DNA from: Amphiscolops sp. MND2022
Taxonomy: Eukaryota
Assembly: GCA_964187785.1 (NCBI GenBank)
Contig: OZ076409.1
Location: forward strand, 88,042,001-88,106,000
DNA length: 64,000 bases
Reading direction: 5' to 3'
Shown: positions 49,514-62,300 of the stretch, piece by piece
Layout of the letters: every line of letters starts with the position of its first letter
Position numbering within the stretch: position 1 is the stretch's first letter
Position numbers and translations under genes: made by a program
The notes under the pieces: generated by a model
Told to the model about the DNA's origin: nothing
The model's database searches: none
What the model saw: the letters and a program-made list of their open reading frames with translations, nothing else

Positions 49514-51259
49514 TTTGACGGCTGAATTAAACTCAGAATAGTGAAATATTGCTCTGAGAAGTCAATCTGAATTCATATCACGGCTAAAAACTCAGTCAAA
49601 TCTGGAAAGTTGCGACATGAAACTTTTCCGCAGCTAACTCGTATTAAACTTTATTGACTGCTTGTGTGAGAAATTCAGCATTCAGTTGTAGCAAGTAAGT
49701 ATTACCATTTCCATTAGCCAGACTATATCCTTGGGTTACTTACTATACGGACCTGTTCACAGACTAAATTGTCTAGGGGGAATAAGTGACCTTCGTCTAG
49801 GGAGAATTAATAGAATGCGTGGTGTGTGCATTTGCAATATTACAAGTGCTGTGTCAATCAAATTTCGCATCAAGTGCAGAGCTAATCCAATTTTAGAGAA
49901 GTGACACCTTTTCTCCACCCTGACTGTCAGTCACTTCAATCTAGATCGCATGAGGCTAAAATAGCTGAAATTCCTTAATTTTTAAGGGCAAATCCGACCT
50001 GTCTTTACATACTCAGACTGCTCGAATGAAAAAATTTGCAACTTTTTAATGTACATTGCGGAAGAAAATTTTATCAAAAAAGTGGAGAATATATCCCATT
50101 CGACATGACTGCTTTTTATATTTGAAGCTATACCAAATGCAATTTTGGTTTTATTCGTTTTTTCAAGGCTAATATTTTCTGTGCAGTTCAGCAAGTATAA
50201 AATCTAGACTGAACATAAAAAATTAAAATTTTGATTTAAACAATCTTCCCGGTGTTTGTCCGAGAATTTAGTAAGTATCAGCTCAAAGACCTGACGTTCG
50301 TTTTGTTTGTAAGGAGTAACCACTTCTGTCGTTTGGCATCATTGAAATAAAGTTTCGAAAAACTCCAAAATTTTCGAGAGCGGATTCACAATTAATATGC
50401 TTCAAGAAAAAGCTGAATGAAATTGTAATTTGTTTTCAAAAACTAATGCAGAAAATCGCGAAAGGTTTAATGTTTATTCTAAGATCATATGCCTATACTT
50501 ACGAAAACCTCTGAGAATTTATATTAAAATGTTGAAAAGCATTTGGAATGTTCTAACAAGAAGTTCTCACTTTCAGATGGAAAATTCATTTCAAAAGTTA
50601 TTAAGAGATCCACGCTTCTCTTAGCAGAGGGGGTGGTGCAATCGGGAGAAGGGATTTTTTTCCTCCCAGAAAAGAAGAACCAAAAAGCCTTAAATGCATA
50701 CAGGTCTCTTATCATTGTTATACAAAATAGCACAAAAAGGACTAACATAAAATTATATTGGGGTCCGTCAGATTTTATTTTAATCAATGAACTTGCATTT
50801 GAAAAGTCACTCAGTTTTATTACAATGCTCTCCCAAAGCTTTCGAACCATAAATTTGTTATCGGAGGGTAGAAACGTCAAGGAGTTGAACCAATTATCTG
50901 AATTGATTGTATGCAAGCGCATCAATGTTGCTAGAGCCATTTAACATTCTGGTAGATCTATCAAAAGATTATTTTAGGTTCACTCAAGCAAAGTCCATCA
51001 TGTCTTCAAGTTTTCCTGCCATGCTAGAATCGAATCGTACTTGTTTCTGCCCACATAAAAGATTCAGGGTTTTTTGTCAGCGTTTTTAAGTCGCTTAAGT
51101 CGCGACTATAGTCATTGCTTTTCTTCAGTTTTTTTTTCGATGCACATGAACTGTCCAGAATAGTTCTAACAAAAGTTCTTCAATTTTGGCAAAGTCCCTT
51201 TTGGCCATCTACATACTACATTTGAGCTGTAAAGGAGTCGCCGTCGACAATAACGCAAC

Positions 51260-51858
51260 CAATACCGGATTCAGCGCAAACCGAAAATAACGAATACCGG
51301 ATATAACGTATACCGGATATAGCGTTTCTTTGATAACTTTTCAATGTTACAAAAGGGCCCCCTTTTTGATTTTTAGGATATTTAGGGTTGATACAAAATC
51401 ATTTGAAGCCAAAGGGTCCCTCTTTTGGATTTTTTTCTGTATTGTGAGACCTTATCCTTTCTCAACTTTACCGAACAGCTGTTTTATTATCAATACTTCA
51501 TCATACTTTTTAAAGCTTTTTTGAATCTGTGCCTTTTTTGCGTTTTTGCGAACTTTCATTTGGTCAAACGGTACCCTCCCACTTGCATAGCTGATTCTGG
51601 CTTGAGAAAAAGTAGTTGTTCGAGCTGAAAGTTCAAAAGTTCTTTTTTCGGCACTATGAGACTTTTCCTAAAATTTTTTTTTCAAAAAAATGTTTTTTTT
51701 TGTGTTTCCAGTTGGTGAAAATGTGGTTTTCAAGTCTTATGCGTATCCTTCGGGGTATTTTTTGGCACTGAGAAAGTGATAAAAATTTAAAAACAGTTTC
51801 CTTTGCATATTAAAGAAACTTGAGCTGGGCGCCGACTTGGGCCGGTCCCGGCATGTTT
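51260..51858 (+). mobile_element. Non-autonomous dispersed repeat (Helentron/HINE-like ends)
   Basis: Starts with TACCGGATATA.CG subrepeats and ends TTGAGCTGGGCGCCGACTTGGGCCGGTCCCGGCATGTT. The same end motif occurs at 47163-47202 and 48913-48952, and reversed at 39231-39258. The superfamily call is tentative. Confidence 0.5.
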
Positions 51859-54089
51859 GTACCAGGCATAGTACGCTGAGAGATTTGCTACAGATATTTT
51901 TGGACTACTTGGACTTCTTAGGACATTTGGTAATGTTGTCAGGACATTTGCAATTGGACAAGTTTGCTTGCTGATTGGAGATTTGTTACTAAAAACTGTT
52001 TACTAAAGAGCACTTTGGTTCTCCTGGAAGTTTTCACTTTATGTCAATTTATTTCTGAATCAATTATTCGAAAAAATGCAAGTTAACTAAACTTAAATAA
52101 GTCTTTATATGCAAGTTTTCTCAGACGAAAAATCACCAAAAAATGGGAGTGTAGTTTTGTCAACAATAGGTTTGGCCGCGCCAGATTTCAAAGTAAATTT
52201 AGCATAATTCATTGACAATTTTAATGGCCACAGTTTTCCAAGTCTATTGGAAAACAGGACGCTCGCTGAGCAGCGAGATATTTTCCGCCCCGAACTGTTC
52301 TAAAACTACATAAATTTGAGGCTCAAGAATAGCCAATGCTATAAAAAACGCTAAGAAGTTCGAAGAAAAAAAGATTCATCTTTGCACATTATTAAAGGAA
52401 ACACCTGTTTTATCATTTCTGCGAAGGCTGGCCAGTTTTCGTTTTTTTGGCACTATGCGGCTAACCAAGTAGAAGAAATTTTACATTTTTTTCGAAAACA
52501 ATTTTCGAAAAACATTTTTCACACTTTTTACATTTTGAGGCTTTCTGTAAAGAAAATAAGCTTACCGAGTTTTGAGAGTGACCTCTTTGTTACTTTTGAT
52601 CATGTAGAACTGCTGAGGTTTCTCATTGATTTTGGAAAATACCTCATTTCAATTTTTTTCGGCTCTGTGCGTCTTTCCGAAGTTTTCATTTGGTCGAACG
52701 GTACCCACTTTCATAACTGATTTCGGCATGAGAAAGGTAGTTTCTGAGCTGAAACTTGTTTCGCCATCAAAGGACTTTACCAAAAAAACGAAAAAATGGC
52801 TTTCTGAGATTCCTGGTGGGAAAGAAGTGGTTTCCGAGACTCAGGCGTATATCTTGGGGTAGTTTTTGGCACTGAGACAATGGTATAAGCTTGAAACTAG
52901 GACATTTGCAAGTTTAAGAAACTTGAGCGGTCTCATGTTATAATATTGCACATAGTTCGAACAGAAGTGTCAAAACTATTCTTACATAAATCTACACATG
53001 TCTTCACAAATAAGCCTACTGGACACCGAGTTTACTTGTTGTTTATTGCTTAGACCATTCTAACCCGCTCTAATAGCTCGAAACATTTTCCTTTGAAAGG
53101 TGTACTTGGTATCTAGTGATTTTGCTTGGAGCATATTGAATATTGAATCTTTGACAAATAATTCGAAATTTACGTTTTCAGGTAAAGATTTGTTGTGCGA
53201 ATGAACTTGTCTGATATATTCTCGAAACACTAACGGTAGCTACACGTTTCAACCCTGAGCCTATGAATTTTCTGATTGAAGTAACTTTTCGGAAAGAGCC
53301 AAAAGTGGGACTATGTCGAAAACTGAGCAAAATGGAACTTTTGACACCTTTGTTGTACACTTGACGAACTTCTTCCTTTCCCAAATTGCGTTTGATATGA
53401 CCTATTGTTTCAACGCTCGGGTCAATGGAAGTTCTATTCTACGAACATTTTCGTGGTTTGAACAAAAAATGGGAATAATTTGTCAAAAAACGTGCCTTTT
53501 TGTTGTTCAATGGATTTCGGGTGCTTTGAGGCCAATTCCTACAAAAATTGCAATGATATTTTCAAAATTGCCCTCTGGATACCAGGATTTTCCATTGTTG
53601 AGCCATTTAAATCTCTTTATGCAAGGTAGTAGCTCAAAAATTGTACGAAAAACTGCCTTTAAATGTGGAGAAAACTTTAAAATTCTCAGTTTGTGCATTA
53701 GTTGAGTAATTCTGAGGAATCTCGGCCATAAAATATGTGAATTTTTCTTTGAAAAACGTGCTGTGGATCTAGTTTTTTCGCAGCTCTTTGAAGCTTTTAT
53801 CTTACCGAACTTATCCATTTTCAAATAAAATTGCACTGTAAATGTCAGAAATTGGCAAAACTTTGACATTTTCGTTTTTTCTTGCGGTCAAGTTTGATCC
53901 TTTTTCCGACCGAAGTCTGCAAACATTTCTTTGATAGCCGACAGAAGTATGAGTTCAATCTTTGTTGACGCTGGAACGTTCTCTTCAAAAATGTAATGAA
54001 TAGATCGTTCTTTCGTTGCTGATTGTGGTGTAACCTTTGACGAAAACGCTCGGAAATTCAGAAGAAGTTCTATCAAAAACGACAAAATT

Positions 54090-55560
54090 TTTTTTCAGGA
54101 CCAATTTGAAGCATTGCTTTTAGAAATTGAACTTATCTCGTGACAAAAGTTCACATAAACAACAAAATTTTCATTGTTTAGGGGTTTTACCATTCTAGTC
54201 TACGAAGTCTTTCGATAGTTTGACAAAAATTAAACAAGAACGGTGGAAAAAAGGAAAACTATTGAACTTTGTCTCTTTGGATGTCAATTCCAGACATTTT
54301 AATTTAAAAACTGCATTTATCTCTCCACTAAGCATACTGGACATCCCACTCAGACCTTGTTGACTCTATCCACTATTCCAACTTTCGGAGTTTGTCGAAA
54401 AGTTGGAAAAACTGCATAAATTTATAAAGTTGAAAAGTTTTGGGTTTTTTTTCTATTTCGGTGTCAAATTCAGACCCTTTTCAATTAAAAAACTGAGATA
54501 ATCTCACCTTTGAAGACTACTTGACAACGCGTTGATACCTTGATGAACGTTTTCATCATTCCAATCCACAAAGTCTGTCGAAACTATGACGGAAATCGCA
54601 GAAAAACTTTGAAAAACGGAAAATTTTTGAGTTTTTGTCATTTTCGGTGCCAGTTTGAGAATTTTTTCATCGAGAAAACTGCAAAAACTCTTCAAAAAGC
54701 CTACTGGGCTAATAATTTTTCCTTGCTGACGTTTCTCATTATTCCAATTCACGAAGCCCGTCAAAGATCTGACAAAAATTGCATAAAAACTCTGAAAAAC
54801 CGAAAGTTTTGAATTTTTGTCAATTTCGGCGTTCAGCCAATTGCCATTTAAAAACACCTATTATCTTTTCGGAAAAGCCCAATGGACAACATTTTGTGCC
54901 ATGTTCAGCGTTTGCAACAATCGTTTGCACGAAGTCTGTCGAAAATGTGACAAAAATTGCATGAAAACGTTAAAAAATCAGAATTTTTTGTTTTTTTGTC
55001 ACTTTTGGTGTCACTTTGAGGTTTTTTCATTTAGAAAACAGCATTTTTTTTCGAAAAGCCTACTGGACAGCAAATACGTGCCATGTTGAGCGTTTTCAAC
55101 ATTTTAATCAACGAAGTCTATCAAAAGTTTGACAGAATTGCATAAAATCGTTAAGAATCTTGAAATTATGGAATTTGAGTCTTTTTGGGGTCAATTTTCT
55201 TTTACAAAACCGATTTTATATCCTCATAGAAGACTATTGGACAACGAATTCGTGCCTTGTTGAACGTTTCCAACATTTGTTTCCACGAAGTTTGTCGAAA
55301 ATTTGACAAAAATTGCATAAAAACTTTAAAATTCGGAAATTTTTTGTTTTTTGTCATTTTTGGTGTCAACTTGAGGTATTTTTCATTTGAAAAACCGCAA
55401 TAAACTCTTCAGAAAAGCCTACCGGACAACAATTTCGTGCCTTGTTGAACGTTTTTAACATTCTAAGTCACGATATTTATCGAAAAATTGCATTAAAACC
55501 TAGAAAAATTTGAAATTTTTACAATTTTTCTTAATTTTGGGGTCATTTTTTGGGTCATTC
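54090..55560 (+). repeat. Diverged tandem array, ~181-bp unit, ~8 copies
   Basis: The motif GAAGTCTGTCGAAAA.TTGACAAAAATTGCATAAAAAC recurs at ~54204, 54388, 54570, 54753, 54931, 55113, 55287 and 55472. Confidence 0.85.
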
Positions 55561-55965
55561 TGGTGTCCTTGGGGTTAACTAAGAAATCCAGAATTCTCCA
55601 CAAATACATATCGCACGAAGCCAAATTTTTGTGAGTTGAATTCTATGGGTAACACCCATAAAGTTAAATTTAGTTTCGGTGAAGTTAATTCTTGGCAAAT
55701 TTTGTAAAAAAACCCCGTTTGATTTAAATTTTTTCCCTTCCCATATATGAATTATGGGCGGAAAATAATAATCTCAACTCTCATGAAAAATGCGTCTCTT
55801 TTCCATAAAGTGCATTAGTTAGCTCGGGAACCTTCTTTAATTTTGAACAATAAAACAGAATTTGCAATTTTGGAAATAGTAGATTCTTTGATAGGTGATT
55901 CCTGAAGGCAAGCACACACACATTTTTTTCTTCAGCTGAAAATGAACTAATTCGTTTTTTTTCAG

Positions 55966-56108
55966 CTTCGTGAGCTTGACCAAACACAACTAACAGAGAT
56001 GAAATTTTTGCATATGCTACAAAACATTTTCCTATCTCAGAACCGAGAACGGGCGCAAACAGAAACGAACAAAAAATTCTGGCAACAACTAGAGTTATCT
56101 ACGAAAAG
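55966..56108 (+). CDS. Formin exon (end of FH3 / dimerisation domain)
   Basis: tttcag/GTAAGT boundaries, phase 0 in, phase 2 out. LRELDQTQLTEMKFLHMLQNIFLSQ...KFWQQLE matches the formin 'FLSiLQhll....W..lE' motif. Confidence 0.8.
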
Positions 56109-56184
56109 GTAAGTTATAAAGGTGCCTTCCTGCGAATTATATATCTTTAGATTTCATTCTCATCATTTTGATGACTTTTCGAAG

Positions 56185-56435
56185 GAATTTGAGACCAGTT
56201 CAAACCATATCGAATACCATGGAAACAAATTCGTCCTCCGGGTATGAACTGTTCTATTCCACGGCTCCCTGGTCAGAACCTAATAACCTCAGCCAGTATT
56301 GCTCCGTCTCAACGGTCCCTCTTTCTGTTATGTCATCCAATGACGTCATGGATGTATGCTGCCGCTGCAGGTGCCATGTCAAAATGGAGGACCCGTTAAT
56401 TAAATCATCTCAAGACACTTCCGATGCAGCTAGAG
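56185..56435 (+). CDS. Formin linker exon
   Basis: AG/GT boundaries, phase 2 in, phase 1 out, open frame, phase-compatible with both neighbours. Confidence 0.7.
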
Positions 56436-56780
56436 GTGAAATAACGGCACAACTAGCACATTTACATGTCGCAGTAGACCATTCGATTCATTGAAACGTG
56501 AAAAAAATTATCACCAAAGTTAAGTGAAGATTTTGTTTTGTTGAACAAACAAAAGCATTATTGAACAATTTCAGAGGCATGCATTTGCTTGAAGTTTGGA
56601 GCTCAAAAAAGTTTGTTTTTTTTTCAGAGCTGAAAAACCAAAGTTCAGGGTTGTTTCAATCTTGAGAACTTGCTTTGTTATTTCAAACATTAGCATGGAA
56701 CAAAAAGTTTCTATAAATTTTCACGAGAGGTGTTCCTCAAAATAAATATATTGTTTGACCTCTAAACGCTATAGTTACAG

Positions 56781-57116
56781 CTACAAGATCCCAAGACATG
56801 GAGCATGGAAAAAGCAACTCGGCCAGTGAGGATCCGGTTTTTGTATCAGAATCGACTCCGATTCCAGAGTTTGTGCCGATGCGAGTTTCCGTCGAGACAA
56901 AAGAAGATTCAGGGTTATTGGATCGATCTGAAACTTACTTGCCAGAGAACTTTAAACTGCCTCAAGTTCCAAAACCTGCGGCCAAAATGCGATCCATTAA
57001 TTGGCAGAAATTACCAGAGAGTGCAATATTCACAGAGAAATCCAACTTTTGGAAAAACGTTCTTCAAAAGGAGGCGGCAGAAACGAAGCCTTCTGTCGAC
57101 TTCGTTCTTTTAGAAG
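56781..57116 (+). CDS. Formin exon, start of FH2
   Basis: tacag/GTGAG boundaries. KMRSINWQKLP...NFW...VDFVLLE is the FH2 lasso motif of INF2/FHDC1 type. Confidence 0.9.
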
Positions 57117-58048
57117 GTGAGAAAAGCGACGACCGTATAATTGGCCGACCACTGAACTGGGCGACTGTGCAGTTAGCCGACCCGATCGAATATGATTGGA
57201 TATCAGTGAAAATATTCTCTATTTTGTTATGCAACTATATCTCGCATCGAATCAAAAGTCGAAAGTGCATTAAAAATTTGTTAGTGACGCGTTAACTATT
57301 TTCCATGGAAATGATAATTAAAAAGTTGAATGATTCTAAATGAAGATCAGCTTCATTTCCTGACCTCTATGGAAACCTAATTTCATTCTTTTTTAAAAAA
57401 ATTAAAAACTCCATTTCAGGTCTAATTCCGTTGGACTGATAGTTTTCAGTCGGCCAATTGCAGAGTCAGCCAATAGCGCCGTCGGCTAATTGACCTAGCG
57501 ACGAGAAAAGCATAGAGATTAATATTAGATGATATAAGGGATGACGCAAGAGGTAATGTAAGAGAGATTTCAATGGAAGGAAAAAGGGAAAGCTTATAAG
57601 CTGGTTGATGAAATTTCCAGAATTTAATTAACTTTGCGAAATTGAGTTTCAATTTTCACAATTCATTAGAGATTCCTTTAAATTTTGTGGCGGACATAAT
57701 TATCTTTTTTAATTGGCGCTTTATGAAATAAAACGCCACTAGTATAGTGGCTTTCCGTCGGGCTTTCTAAAGAAAATTTTTCAATCCCGTCGAAGTGACC
57801 ATAAAAATTCAACATGATTCGACAGCTTGCTAAAATGATTCAAATGGTCATCCCTTTCATTTTTAAACATAAATATTTGGATTAAAAAGCAATAAGTTTG
57901 ATTTTCGGCATTGTGCTATTGTCACGAGAGGGTCCCTTTTTTGACTTTTTAGCTGTTTTTAGTTTAAAAACCATTTTAAACGCTAAGGGTTACGACGTTA
58001 GGTTTTTGGCACTATGAGATTGCGAATTTCTTCAAAAATTGGACCCTT

Positions 58049-58401
58049 CCCTGGTTGGAACTGCTTGAACTTTTTACATGTTTTTGTAGGTTACCAAGCT
58101 AATTTTCCATGATTTTATAAAATTCTCAAAGAAATGGCCATGCATTAAATCTTCACTGATTCGATTTAATTTTATCAAGCTGCCTATAAAATGCATCTTA
58201 AATTTGGCGGATCACTTAAACAAAGTGATCGCAGCATTGAAGAAGTGGAAATGTTTTCAGTTTTAATTCAAATAGTGAGGGCTGCATTGTAATCCTACAA
58301 AATGTTTTCATGCACGGTCCCGGAATTTTCCATGTTTTATAAAAAATTAGCCTGCATGTTTCCATGCAGCATGTAAAAAGTTCAAGCAATCTCGACTAGG
58401 G
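58049..58401. mobile_element. MITE with ~32-bp imperfect terminal inverted repeats, in a formin intron
   Basis: CCCTGGTTGGAACTGCTTGAACTTTTTACATG ... CATGTAAAAAGTTCAAGCAATCTCGACTAGGG. Confidence 0.8.
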
Positions 58402-58596
58402 TTAACATTTTGAAGTACTTGCCGTTTTTTGAGCTGTAAGCGGGTTATGTCGTTCCTTGTTTTGATATATTATTCGAAGTCTGGCTTTTCAATGCAATCA
58501 AAACGTCAATAACTTACATCTTTGAGTTTTTTTAAATGCAAACTATGAGACAAGCGAACTGAATTTAATGTTAAATATCAATCCATGTATTTTCAG

Positions 58597-58747
58597 AATA
58601 CTTCAAGCAAAAAGATTCTCCTGATCAAAAAGCTGGAGGCTCAGTGGAGGAAGATCAGACTTCGGTTGTCGAGACAGAGAAAGCAATTCGTTTGCTTGAT
58701 GAAAGAAAATCTCTCAGTTTGAACGTGTTAATACGACAGTTCAGATG
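58597..58747 (+). CDS. Formin FH2 exon
   Basis: tttcag/GTAAG boundaries. EYFKQK...IRLLDERKSLSLNVLIRQFR matches INF2-type 'LDAKKSLNLNIFLKQFK'. Confidence 0.9.
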
Positions 58748-58827
58748 GTAAGTATGGAGTTCGTGTTGTACTACAAACAAATCCCAGAATAATTTTAGGT
58801 GGTATATAAATATTTTGTGATCTATAG

Positions 58828-58930
58828 CTCCCACTCGGAAATTTTGGGCAAGATCCGAAGAGGAGAAAGTTCGAATATTGGCGTGGAAAGACTGCGAGCT
58901 TTGAAAAAGCTGTTACCTACTAGCCAAGAG
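58828..58930 (+). CDS. Formin FH2 exon; gene continues beyond the window
   Basis: tatag/GTATG boundaries. SHSEILGKIRRGESSNIGVERLRALKKLLPTSQE is a typical FH2 'L..L.K.LP..eE' segment. Confidence 0.9.
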
Positions 58931-59369
58931 GTATGTTTTTAAAATAAACGCTACTGAAAACACAACGAAATTTTGGCAGGTTTTATAGAAAGCAAAAAAA
59001 TACGACCTCTACAAATATGATTACTGCATAAATAGTTCGTTTCCTAACTCGATGAGCCGATATAATCACCCCTTTAAAGTCTTTTTGGCACCGTGAGTTG
59101 ATTATCAGGTTTCTTAAGCTCTAAGTAAATTCAAAAGAAATTTGTTTTACGGGCCAACCATAATACCGGGCATATCGGGTGATTTGTTTTCTAGTTTTTG
59201 TATTTCTCTTGTCGCTGTGAGACAAATTATCTTTTCTAGTGATCCAGTTGAATTTTTCAATTTAATTTATCTCTACAAATAAATTTTTTGCAGCAGCGAG
59301 ACCGCTTAGTCCTTTCAAGAAGGCGGTTTTTGTTTACATGGGATCATTTTAAACACCAACTAGTGAATA

Positions 59370-62300
59370 TGTTGTAATCTCTTTGCTTGACAAAAGTTAA
59401 CAACATAAAACTGTATTCGAACATCAATCTTTTCGTACTGAATAAAGATCAGCTTTTTAGGTATAGACAATAGTAGCAGGTACTAAGGACATCTAGACAA
59501 TTAAGTATAATGGTATTGAACAATAGTAATGTCTGTCTATGATTTGTCCTCTAACTCTAGTTCTTTAGCTGCTGCTTCACTCCCCCCTCCGCGATTGGAT
59601 AATAGTTGACCAATGGGGGAGGTTTGTTCTTTATGGCGGTTTTCCGTCCAAAGCAATTTTGGTGTATTCGCGGTGGCCCGCGATTCGTCAGTTGTCCGGT
59701 TGAATTGTTCTGCCTGGACTGGCTCTTCCATTGTGTCGTTTAGTATTCGACGCTGCTGGTCTTTTCCCGAGTGTCTTCCTCGGTTTCTGGTGTCTTCTGG
59801 GCGTTTAGTCTGTTTACGGTGTTTCCTGTAATCAGATGTTATGGGATTATTAAATCTAATAATGGGGTTTGTTTTTGTTAATCTTTTCGATCTCCGTAAG
59901 TTGTGTTCTTTTGTTTCTTGTTCTATTTCGGTGCTAGAACTTAGGTTACTGATTAATTCTAGGTCGGAGGTTTCTGTTTCTAGGTTGTTTTTTTCCTTAT
60001 TCTCTTTCCCTCCGTAAACGGTATTGTTGTTATTAGGAGTTACCTTACCGTTTAAGTCTTTGATAAAAAGTTCTGTGTCATTTTGTTTGGCATCTTCAAT
60101 GATACGGTCAATGTCCGTATCCGTCATGTTTTCCGTAATGATGGTTAGAGGGCCGAGGCTGTCCGTTGAGCCGGTAAGTGAACCAGGGCTTTGTCTGTTG
60201 CGGACCAGTTTTGGGCGTCCTCTTCCAAATGATCCGCTTGTTTTTGTGGTTGGCGTAGTTGGGTTGCTTCGGGATTGTGTGCCCTCTGTTATTTGAGTAG
60301 TATCCATTTGTGGTGTTGTTGGATTGCTCTTCTCCGAGTCGCTGTCTGATTTGGCTTCTCGTGTCAGTCTGGGGGATTTTATGAACCGGCCGTCCGGTCC
60401 TCTCAGTCCCATGCCTCTGTTTTTCTGTTCCTGTTCAAATTCAAAGATTGGTTTACTAATGTGTTTTCTATGTAGGATTCTATTTTCCGCGGTTGTGACC
60501 GTGTGTTTAGTTCCCGATATGGCAGTTTGTAGTTTATTTGAGTAAGCGCTCTCAAATTTCGGTTTATTTATTCTTTTCTCGAGAAATTGAAATGGGTAGG
60601 TACTCACTCCTTTTTGTCCTTTCTTTTGTTTCATCGGTAGCTGGTCAGAGGCACCGCCAGCTCCGTTGAAGGAATATACCTGTAGGGTATCTGGTTTTGC
60701 TGAAAAACAATTGTTTGTTATAGTTTTCAGTTTATCTAAGTTTAAAAGGTTACTGATTTCCGTATTCGGTTCTCGTCCGTAGTGTAATTCAAAAGCAGAT
60801 TTCCCCAATCTCGTGTGGGGTGTTTTTCTCATCACGTTTAAGGCTATGTCTAATGCTTTGTTAAATTTTTCGCCCGCTTTTATGTTCGTCAGCATTGTCT
60901 CTTTCAAAGTCCTTACGCCGCGTTCGACCAGCCCTGTGGGGGTGTGTATATATGGTGTCCCATATATGAGTCTAATGTGGTGATTTTTACAAAACTCTCT
61001 AAAAGTGTGGCCCGTAAATGCCGTGGCTTTATCCGTTCTAATAGTTTTCGGAATGCCGTTCAGGTTTATATATTGTTCCATAAATTTAACCGTGGTTTCG
61101 CCGTCGGTCGATTTACAAAGGCTTGCCGCCGGCCATTTGCTAAACCGGTCCATTGAGAGTAAAATAAAAAACCTTTGGTTTCTTTCGGTGAACGGTCCGA
61201 TAAAATCCAGTTGTATTTCTTCGTTCGGATTGTTTAAAGCCGGTAATTGTTTTTTTTCCGTATTATGTAAGTTAGGTTTGATATTCTTACCGGACATTTT
61301 GCACGGGATGCAGCCGTCGCATTTCTTTTGTATGGCCTCGGTGATTTTTGGCCACCAGAAGTGTCGTGCCGCCATTGACATCTTGTTGATGGCGGGATGG
61401 CCTTTATGGAGGAGGCTGATCACCGTTGTTCTGAGATTTTTCGGGACAATTATGCGGTCTTCATAGAACACGAGTCCGTACCTGGTAGATAACTTTCTTC
61501 GGCATTGCTGGTATTCTTCTGGTATGTTGTCTTGTTGCTGTCTCTCAAGGCACACGAGTGTTTTTAGGAGAGTCGGGTCATTAGTTGTCTCTGTCATCAG
61601 CAACTGGAGATCTGTGGAGAAATTCTTCTCCGATTCACGTACCGCGTTTCCGAGGTCCCAGTTGTTCGGCTCTTCCGCGGTGGTTCTGGGGGCATGTCCC
61701 ATTTTTATATATTGGACGCTTTTAACGCCTGCGTATTTTGCCCAATTAACTGCGGGGACTTCGAGTATGGACGGGTCTTGATCGGATTCCGAGTCAATTT
61801 CCCCTTCTTCCATCGGTACTGGTTGTTGCTGCGAGGGCCCGGGTCTGTCTTCTGTGTTGGCCGTAGCTTGCGGTCTGTCAATGTCCCAGAACGGGTCAAC
61901 CGTCCATTGTTCCTGTCTTCTGGTTTCCGGTTGAAATCCCCCGTCTGGTTCTTGTTGATTTCGGCTTTCTAGGTTTCTGATGGCTTGTTGAAGTTGTTCT
62001 TCAATGACTCGTCTCTCGTTTCTCAGGAATTTGGGTTCGTGGTACTTTTTCCAGCGGCCACCTGACTGTCTATAAACCCCGGGCTTTACAATATCTCTCC
62101 ATCTAGCAATGAGATATCTAGTTTCTGTCGAGTTATCAGCTTGTTCAAGATTATCGATGGTTCTGGCGTCCATGATAATTTTATCTTTCGGTGCGGTTTG
62201 AATTGAGCTGCTGATTTGTGAACTTTTAAGGCAATTAATGGCGATTTGTTCACGCGTTTTGGAATGTTTTGGTGTGTTGTTTGCTTTGCGCGTAGTCTCT

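Noticed and set aside
50524..50944. Overlapping 133/138-aa ORFs on opposite strands
   Set aside because: No motif or splice support, so I cannot call a gene.
54090..55560. CRISPR array
   Set aside because: Whole units are homologous with no unique spacers, the context is eukaryotic and there are no cas genes.
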